DNA of 64,000 bases from a virus (taxonomy: Duplodnaviria; Caudoviricetes). This document shows positions 58,549-64,000 of the stretch, piece by piece. A program made the position numbers and the translations under genes. Position 1 is the stretch's first letter. Every line of letters begins with the position of its first letter. Location of the stretch: the IMG/VR virus record IMGVR_UViG_3300042481_000164, positions 32,001 through 96,000 of that record. One strand, written 5' to 3'. The notes under the pieces are model-generated. The model had not been told where the DNA came from. It was given only the letters and a program-made list of their open reading frames with translations, and did not search any database.

Positions 58549-59252
58549 ATGAAAATTACATTTGAAATACCAAAAGAAGTAACAGTAGTTCAAGAATTAA
58601 GAAAAACTATTGAAGAAGTAACAATTGATGTAGTTGTTGATGATTACTCTAAAAAAGAAGTAAGAGCTTACACTAAAGAATTAGGTACTATAATTCTTTG
58701 GAAGGATGCTGCCTATGATACAATTGGTCAATGGACTGATGCTGATGTAATTCAAAGAATTACAGAACTTTATGTTTAATTAAAAATAAAAAAATAAAAT
58801 GTCAGTAGAAAACAAATTTGTAGAAGAAGTAACAGCTGAACAAGCAGCACAGTCTGTATTAGCAGCTTATGATAGTGTTAACTTAATTGCAGAATTAAGA
58901 GCAAAAGCAGAATTATCTGAAGAGGAATCTGCAACTGTAACACGTAATGTAGAGCATATCTCTATTATGTTAGGTAAAGAATGGTTTGTTAATGCTTTAA
59001 CTACAGAACAAAAATCTGAGTTAGATGCATTGATTTAAATATTAAATTTTATATATTTACATTTTAAAACATAAACCAAATAAATTTATTATGACACCAA
59101 CTGAAGCAGTTAAAACACTTGAGCAAGCACTGAATGCAGCTACACTTAAAGGAGTATATACATTAGCAGACACAAACCAAGTATTGGTTGCGTTAAATGT
59201 AGTACATGGTATAATACCAGTTGAACCAACTTTAGAAGTTGTAGAGGAATAG
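58549..59252 (+). CDS. Three small genes (58549-58779, 58799-59038, 59091-59252), possible fibre chaperones
   Basis: Co-oriented ORFs after fibres; third translated manually (MTPTEAVKTLEQAL...). Confidence 0.6.
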
Positions 59253-59353
59253 TCTTTGCTTGACTCCTTCTGACCCTAGATTAACTTCTGGGGTTTTTTG
59301 TTTTTGTCAATTTTTTTGATTATATTAAATCATATAGTCTAAATATTTTTGTC

Positions 59354-59794
59354 ATGTCAATAGGAAATTTAAAGGATACAGGAAATATGGGTAACAACTT
59401 TCCTTATCAATATAAGGTATTAAGTGGGTTACAAGGAATTATTGATGCCATTACCGGAGGTGGTGGTGGAGGGGGAAGTAATGTAACTATTGTAAATCCT
59501 CTTGGACAAAAAACAATGGCTGCAAGTTTATCTGTTGTACTTGCTTCAAATCAAGCAGGTGTGGCAAGAACTCCTGGATTTATAAGAGCAACTGGTTCGG
59601 GAGCAATTGGGGTTATAACTTATAGCGCATCTGTTTCAAATGTAGGTGCTGCTAATGGAACTTTTTTAGGTGTTACAATTAAACCAGGAGAAACTCTTAA
59701 CTTTAGTGCAGATGCGATAAATAATTATTATGCTTCTGGTGTGTTTACTTACAATGGTACAGGAACAGAATTAGTAATAATATATAATTCATAA
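59354..59794 (+). CDS. Putative virion structural protein
   Basis: Gly/Thr/Asn-rich 146 aa. Confidence 0.6.
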   Translation: MSIGNLKDTGNMGNNFPYQYKVLSGLQGIIDAITGGGGGGGSNVTIVNPLGQKTMAASLSVVLASNQAGVARTPGFIRATGSGAIGVITYSASVSNVGAANGTFLGVTIKPGETLNFSADAINNYYASGVFTYNGTGTELVIIYNS

Positions 59795-61044
59795 TGAGTA
59801 CTGCAATAACTACATTTAGTGGAGCTAACAGTTCGTTATTGGGTAATAACCCAATGCTTGCTGATGCCTTTGGTAGACTAAGGGTATCTAATCCATTAAC
59901 TTTATTTGATTCTTCTCATAGATATAGAGATAATGGTTTATGGAATACAGCTACTACAAATGGAGGAACTGCTGTTTTTAGCCCAAATGAAGGGGTTGTA
60001 AATCTTAATGTAAACAATACAAGTGGATCAGAAGTATTGAGAGAAACTGCAAAAGTATTTTCTTATCAACCAGGTAAGTCATTGATGGTGATGAATACTT
60101 TTGTCATGGCTCCTGCTCAAACTAATTTGAGACAGAGAGTTGGCTATTTTGGTACAGACAATGGAATATATATTCAGTTAAATAATAATATAGTAAGCTT
60201 TGTAGAAAGAAGTTTAGTAACAGGAATTGTTAGTGAAACTGTTGTAAATCAATCTGCATGGAACGTAGACAAACTAAATGGTTCTGGATTATCTGGAATC
60301 ACTTTAGATATAACTAAAGCTCAAATTCTTTTTATGGATATTGAGTGGTTAGGTGAAGGAACAGTTAGAATAGGTTTTGTAATAGACGGTGAGTTTATTG
60401 TTTGCCATAAATTCAATCATGCCAATCTAATTACAACCACTTATATTACTACAGCTTCATTACCATTAAGATATGAAATCACAAATACTGGGGCTACAGC
60501 AATAGCTAGTACATTAAAACAAGTATGTTCTACTGTTATATCTGAAGGAGGTTATGAATTAAGAGGAGCACAACAAGCTATTGGTACTCCAATACTTACT
60601 CCAAGAACATTTGCTGCGGCAGGAACATTCTATCCTATTGTAGGAGTAAGACTTATACCAACTAAACTAGATGCTATTGTAATAATTACTGCTGTATCTT
60701 TATTAGGGTTAGGTAATGGTAAAAACTATGCTTGGAGAGTTGTTCAAACTGCAACTATAACTGGTGGTTTATGGACTCCTCTTGGAGTAGATTCTGCTGT
60801 TGCATATAACTTAACAGGTACATCAGCAACAGGTGGTAGAGTATTAGCACAAGGATATGTAAACTCTTCTAATCAAGGATCGCCAAGTATCAATATATTA
60901 AAAGAAGCTTTGTTTGCAACTCAATTAGAAAGAAATAGTTTTACGGGTGTACCTTCTGAAATAGTAATTGAAATGGCTATTGATGTTATAGGTGGTACTT
61001 TAGGAGCTTATGCTTCGGTGGATTGGGAAGAAATCAGCAGATAA
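59794..61044 (+). CDS. Putative virion structural protein
   Basis: DAFGRLRVSNPLTLFDS, YQPGKS, DIEWLGEG motifs typical of phage virion proteins. Confidence 0.65.
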   Translation: MSTAITTFSGANSSLLGNNPMLADAFGRLRVSNPLTLFDSSHRYRDNGLWNTATTNGGTAVFSPNEGVVNLNVNNTSGSEVLRETAKVFSYQPGKSLMVMNTFVMAPAQTNLRQRVGYFGTDNGIYIQLNNNIVSFVERSLVTGIVSETVVNQSAWNVDKLNGSGLSGITLDITKAQILFMDIEWLGEGTVRIGFVIDGEFIVCHKFNHANLITTTYITTASLPLRYEITNTGATAIASTLKQVCSTVISEGGYELRGAQQAIGTPILTPRTFAAAGTFYPIVGVRLIPTKLDAIVIITAVSLLGLGNGKNYAWRVVQTATITGGLWTPLGVDSAVAYNLTGTSATGGRVLAQGYVNSSNQGSPSINILKEALFATQLERNSFTGVPSEIVIEMAIDVIGGTLGAYASVDWEEISR

Positions 61045-61091
61045 AACATATACAATGAGTAAAAAATTTACACTATCAAAAACATATTAAA

Positions 61092-63296
61092 ATGAGTTCT
61101 AATATAAACATAACCAATAAGATATCTATTCAGGATGAAGGTAGTTCAATAACAGCTAATGTAAAAAATATTAACTTTATTGGATCGGGAGTTACTGCTA
61201 CAGCATTTGGTGATGATGTAACAGTTAGTATCACAGGTGGTGGCGGAGGAGCTAGTATATCATTGACTACACTTGGTACAAGTGGTCTTGCAACTTTAAC
61301 AGGTACCATTTTAAATATTCCACAATATATTGGTCTAACTGATTTAACAGCATCATCACCTTTAGTTTATGATAATACACTTGGTATATTTAGCATAACT
61401 CAAGCAAGTGCTATAGATGACGGTTATTTGTCTTCAGGTGATTGGATTAATTTTAACAGTAAACAAAATGCTTTATCAGGTGGAGTTACTAACCAAGTTA
61501 CTAAATGGACTGGAACTGGAACTATAGGTAATTCAATTATGACTGATACTGGAACCTTAATGGGTATTAGTCAAACTGCTCCTACAGCAAAACTTCATAT
61601 TAATAACACAACAGCATCTAATTCATTTCTTGTAGAAGATGATACTAATCCTGATGGTACACCTTTTGTAATAGATAATGCTGGTAATGTTGGTATTGGT
61701 AATTTAACACCAGCTACTTTAGGTAAATTAGTAGTTGCAAGTACTGGTACTAATGGTCTTGTGTTGGATTCAGATACTGGTGCAACAGCAAACTCAACAA
61801 GACTATTTTTTAGATCTTCAACAGCAAATAAAGATTTGTCAATATTTAATGTTGCTGGTGCATTTAGATATGTATTTGGTGGTTCAGCTAATGTATCTTC
61901 TGGTTCTACAAAGTTTATAATGAATGAAACTGGAAATATGCTATTTAATGCTACTGGTGCTACCATAACCCCAGTTGCTCCTATAACAGCTTATGCAACA
62001 GCTATTGCAGGTTCAGCAGAAGAGATTGCAAGATTTAGTGTTTATTCATTGACTACTCCAGGTACTACACTTGGTTCAACTCTTTCTCTCAGAAATGGAA
62101 CAAATACAGATGAAGAATTTTTACCACAAGTAAGAGGTACTCAATCAACAACTTCTCCATTATCAGCTTTGCAAATAGATGCTTTGATTGCAAATACTCA
62201 AGATATAGCAGGTAATACTAATCCGGCTATTATTGTTAGAGCAGCAGATACTAGTGGTGCAAGTTTAGATTTCAGACCTCTTTTAGATATTAGAAATGGT
62301 GGTACTTCTGCAGTAACTGTTTTACCTGGTCCATTAGTAGGTATTAACAATAACAATCCTCAATATCCATTAGATATTTTAGGCAATGGTGGTATGAGAG
62401 TAGCAGATGTGGTAGATCCAACTTACCACATGGCTTTAGACCCAAGTGTATTTTTTAACACTAACACCTTTTACAGTAGACACGATCCTGCTTTTCCTGG
62501 AGATTTTATAATAAATGCTACTAGTGATGTAGCAAATAATCTTACAACTGGTAAATTTAAATTACAAACATTTGGTCAAGATGCTATAACAATAGATAAT
62601 GCTCAAAATGTAGGTATAGGTACTACTACACCTGCTGTTAAGTTAACTATTAATGGTCCAGTAAGTTTATTAAATTATTTATATTATAATTATACTGGAG
62701 GAGCAAATAATGATTATATTGGTAGTAATGATGCTTCTCACCCTGGTAGTGGAAATACAACTGGTTTTTATTTATTTAAACATGATAAAACAATAAATAT
62801 TACTGCTGAAACTAGTAATTCAACATTAGATGCTGGTAGTATTTGGTTAAATACAGCAACTGATTTAAACTATATTGCTGGTAATTTAGGACTTGGTACA
62901 AAAACACCATCTACAAAGTTACATATAGATTCAGTAACCAGTGGTGCATTTAGATTAGTTGACACTACACAAGGAGCTAATAAGTATTTAAAATCAGATG
63001 CAACTGGAGTAGGTACTTGGTCTACACTAACTGTAGCTGATACAGGTTTAACACTTACTGTAACAGGTACATCAGGTGCCGCAACATTAGTAGGTAATAC
63101 TTTAAATATTCCTCAGTATACAGGAGGAGCAACATTAGCTCAAACATTGCTAGTAGGTAATAGTGCTGGTACTACTGATATCAATATGAACAACAATGAC
63201 ATTACAAATATTACTAATGTCTCAACAAGTTCAACAACACTTGAAATGCAAGCAGTGTTGAACTCAGCTTTAATTTTTTACGCAAATAACTGTTAA
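61092..63296 (+). CDS. Tail fibre/spike protein
   Basis: GNVGIGTTTP-type repeats; duplicated GTSGxATLxGxxLNIPQY. Confidence 0.75.
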   Translation: MSSNINITNKISIQDEGSSITANVKNINFIGSGVTATAFGDDVTVSITGGGGGASISLTTLGTSGLATLTGTILNIPQYIGLTDLTASSPLVYDNTLGIFSITQASAIDDGYLSSGDWINFNSKQNALSGGVTNQVTKWTGTGTIGNSIMTDTGTLMGISQTAPTAKLHINNTTASNSFLVEDDTNPDGTPFVIDNAGNVGIGNLTPATLGKLVVASTGTNGLVLDSDTGATANSTRLFFRSSTANKDLSIFNVAGAFRYVFGGSANVSSGSTKFIMNETGNMLFNATGATITPVAPITAYATAIAGSAEEIARFSVYSLTTPGTTLGSTLSLRNGTNTDEEFLPQVRGTQSTTSPLSALQIDALIANTQDIAGNTNPAIIVRAADTSGASLDFRPLLDIRNGGTSAVTVLPGPLVGINNNNPQYPLDILGNGGMRVADVVDPTYHMALDPSVFFNTNTFYSRHDPAFPGDFIINATSDVANNLTTGKFKLQTFGQDAITIDNAQNVGIGTTTPAVKLTINGPVSLLNYLYYNYTGGANNDYIGSNDASHPGSGNTTGFYLFKHDKTINITAETSNSTLDAGSIWLNTATDLNYIAGNLGLGTKTPSTKLHIDSVTSGAFRLVDTTQGANKYLKSDATGVGTWSTLTVADTGLTLTVTGTSGAATLVGNTLNIPQYTGGATLAQTLLVGNSAGTTDINMNNNDITNITNVSTSSTTLEMQAVLNSALIFYANNC

Positions 63297-63310
63297 TTAA
63301 ATAAATAAAT

Positions 63311-63718
63311 ATGGCAACTAATTTAACTTTCACATCCGCTGCATTTGCACAAAACACTGCATTTGCTTCTGCTGCTACAACAGAAACTACTATACTTTCT
63401 GCTGATGCAACTTATACAAGAAGAATTTATGGTATTGCATTTACAAATTCTGCAACACAGTCAATTACTTGTACAATAAGAATCAAAGATGGATCTAGTA
63501 ATTCTGCAGGGCATTTCATAGTATCTCCTACAACAGGGATAAATGTTATGACAGATATATTTGGTAACACCAATGGTGCACCTGTATTTCAAAAGAAAAG
63601 AGATGCAAACGGTAATGCTTATTATGATATTCCTGCTAACTACACAGTAACAGCACAATTATCAGCAAACTCAACTAACTCAATATACATTCATGTATTT
63701 GGAGAAACTTATGCTTAA
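63311..63718 (+). CDS. Putative virion structural protein
   Basis: 135 aa beta-rich. Confidence 0.6.
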   Translation: MATNLTFTSAAFAQNTAFASAATTETTILSADATYTRRIYGIAFTNSATQSITCTIRIKDGSSNSAGHFIVSPTTGINVMTDIFGNTNGAPVFQKKRDANGNAYYDIPANYTVTAQLSANSTNSIYIHVFGETYA

Positions 63719-63728
63719 TTAAATTAAT

Positions 63729-64000
63729 ATGCCTTTACACGGATTAAAAAGTGGTTTAGCAATTAGAGGTATGCAGTCCGGTAGAGGATCTGGTACCTCA
63801 CTTGCTAATATAGAAAGTGGTTACAGAGGAGGGTTGCATAATGCTTTACCTAATAAAGAAAAAATGCTTAATCCTGTAAATCTAACAGGTAATAAAAAAC
63901 CTTTAGTATATGGGCTTGCTGATTTCTATAACATCACTGGTGGTAACACTACTAACTTAAATGATATTGCAGGTACAGGGAACTATTGGCTTTCTAACGG
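63729..64000 (+). CDS. Partial hypothetical/structural protein (runs off window)
   Basis: MPLHGLKSGLAIRG... open to the end of the window. Confidence 0.55.
   Translation, partial: MPLHGLKSGLAIRGMQSGRGSGTSLANIESGYRGGLHNALPNKEKMLNPVNLTGNKKPLVYGLADFYNITGGNTTNLNDIAGTGNYWLSN

Noticed and set aside
1-64000. Stop-codon reassignment as in some crAss-like phages
   Set aside because: Long genes are intact in code 11, and TAG and TGA end well-packed genes
55032-64000. Complete diversity-generating retroelement
   Set aside because: No reverse transcriptase or template repeat in the window

Overview
AT-rich segment of a crAss-like (Crassvirales-type) phage genome, probably infecting a Bacteroidota/Flavobacteriia host, using the standard genetic code. 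(1) 1-14.4 kb (+): the 3' part of a giant virion RNA polymerase (DFDID motif) and a second giant ejected cargo protein with HExxH, LysM and transmembrane segments. (2) 14.4-34 kb (-): replication and nucleotide-metabolism block (MazG-like, ThyX, PolB, PD-(D/E)xK nuclease, MoxR-like AAA plus vWA/peptidase, GIY-YIG, primase, Sak4-like ATPase, DnaB, UNG). (3) 34-49.6 kb (-): many small modular or paralogous early genes, a glucosaminidase, ClpS, an SF2 helicase, an HNH protein, and structured non-coding stretches including two aberrant tRNA-like elements. (4) 48.8-50.04 kb: an array of hairpin+GGCTGA motifs and a G-run island at the strand switch. (5) 50-64 kb (+): an amino-sugar cassette (GT2, DegT-like, VioB-like), small accessory genes (possible nucleotide sponges, GroES-like, DUF3310) and modular tail-fibre genes. 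The most striking unexplained signals are an anticodon-less tRNA-like RNA with alanine identity elements beside a tRNA with a ~45-nt anticodon insert, and covarying CTAA-loop hairpins at fixed spacing from a conserved motif, which are candidate virion-RNAP promoters. All family calls come from motif recognition by eye; no database searches were run.
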